Both the position numbers and the translations under genes were made by a program. Below, piece after piece: positions 62,866 through 64,000 of a DNA stretch of 64,000 nt. The stretch lies in assembly GCA_976551045.1 (NCBI GenBank), contig CDPCPM010000037.1, forward strand, positions 7,998,001-8,062,000. The letters run 5' to 3'. Source of the stretch: Glaucostegus cemiculus. Its lineage: Eukaryota. A model generated the notes under the pieces. That model searched no databases, had not been told where the DNA came from, and saw nothing but the letters and a program-made list of their open reading frames with translations. Each line of letters begins with the position of its first letter. Positions within the stretch are counted from its first letter, which is position 1.

Positions 62866-63968
62866 GGGAAACTATTCAACCTCCAGTAATTACACTCCAG
62901 AATTAAGGTCACCAAAACCTCAGTCGTTGGGCTGTAGTATGCAGACAATGCTTGCATTTGCGTACGCTCAGAAGCCATCATGAAGCTTTTACTGAAGCAT
63001 ACGAGAAGAGGCACCTTACCCTCAATGTTCACAAGGCAAAGTTCTCTACCAAGGTAGTAAGCTGCTGGAGAACTCAGAGGGTCAGGTAGCAGCTATGGAG
63101 GCAAAGGGATAGTCGATGTTTTGGGTTGAGACCCTGCACCAGTCCTGATGTAGCATCTTGATCTGAAATGTGAATATCCTTATTCATTGCTCCAGATCTC
63201 AGCATCTGGAGTCCTTTGTGTCTCCATATTCTCTACCAACCTGCCCCTCTCCACTCTGACTTCTGACGATAAAGGTTCACAGCTTCGTGCTGAAGAGCAT
63301 GGTGCATTTTCATTATCTTGAGAACTATCACTTGGCTAGCATGCATTTGAACAAAATTCATGGTCTAATGAGCAGTAGTGATCCCTGCCCTCCCATATGC
63401 TTGACTACCAAGGCCAGGTACCTTGGGGCTCCAGTGTTGTCTCCAATTCAGCGGAAAGACAAGTGAACCAATGTCAGTGTCTTCCCTGAGGCTGATGTCC
63501 CTGTATTGAGGGCCTTGTATTGAGGGCCTAGTTGCACTCAGTTGTTTCTGAATGACGATGCGAACCTTTGACAAAGGGCAGGCCATGTTATCCACAAGCC
63601 AGACATCAGACTCTTGAAACAGACACTCTACTCTGACCTCAATGTTGTGCTCACATACTTGAAGGAATGCAACACTCCCAATTGGGAATCTCTGGCCCAT
63701 GACTGCTCAAAGTGGAGAAGGAACATTCAGGATGATGGAGTCCATGCACTGGGAGCACACAGGGACCCTGCAATGAGATGGAAGGAGCAGACAACCTCAT
63801 AAACTACAACCCCCCCATCCCCTCAGCCACCACCAGCCACCCCAGCCCCCGGCCCCTGTGGAAGAGTTTGTAATTTCCAAATTGGCCTCTGTTGCCATCT
63901 CAGAGGCCAAATAACTAGAGTGAAAATAAATTATCCTCAATCCCCAGGGACTGCCAAAAGAAAAAAGA
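62865..63968 (+). mobile_element. RTE-clade LINE remnant (RT to 3' end)
   Basis: KVTKTSVVGL*YADNACIC (YADD region), AFTEAYEKRHLTLNVHK, LKQTLYSDL...WESLAHDCSKWRRNI; terminus atcctcaatccccagggactgcc. Confidence 0.8.
63053..63228. mobile_element. Penelope-derived 176-bp insert with inverted arms and an 11-bp TSD
   Basis: ttctctaccaa at 63042-63052 and 63229-63239; both arms are homologous to 53875-54005 in opposite orientations. Confidence 0.8.
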
Positions 63969-64000
63969 TAACCGTGATGAAAGTTCAAAAATACTTCATT

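Noticed and set aside
63502-63529. 14-bp tandem duplication tgtattgagggcct x2
   Set aside because: Local slippage inside a dead RTE element.

Overview
AT-rich vertebrate genomic DNA. The repeat families (CR1, L2, Rex1/Babar, RTE, Penelope-like elements, V-domain and Deu-domain SINEs) point to a cartilaginous fish; this is an inference from recalled consensus sequences, not a database search. The window holds the 5' part of one gene, ZNF217, on the minus strand: a CpG-rich promoter and first exon at ~31.3-31.6 kb, a ~28.6 kb first intron, and a large first coding exon (2694-851); the gene runs off the left edge. The 32-64 kb half is upstream intergenic DNA dense in decayed, often nested retroelements. 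Main observations: (1) joining the predicted exon 1 to exon 2 creates a 41-codon upstream ORF that ends in a TGATG stop-start overlap with the first in-frame ZNF217 ATG; it is preceded by a 2-codon uORF, and a candidate 45-nt cassette exon would keep it in frame; (2) this ZNF217 has an extra N-terminal ZNF516/ZNF536-type zinc-finger pair absent from human ZNF217, with the second finger apparently decaying (Cys to Arg); (3) Penelope-derived ends carry degenerate hammerhead-ribozyme-like cores, including a 176-bp inverted-arm insert with an 11-bp TSD; (4) one SINE head/core occurs with two different LINE-type tails. Repeat boundaries are approximate and splice sites are predicted by eye. No CRISPR array, rRNA or genuine tRNA gene was seen.
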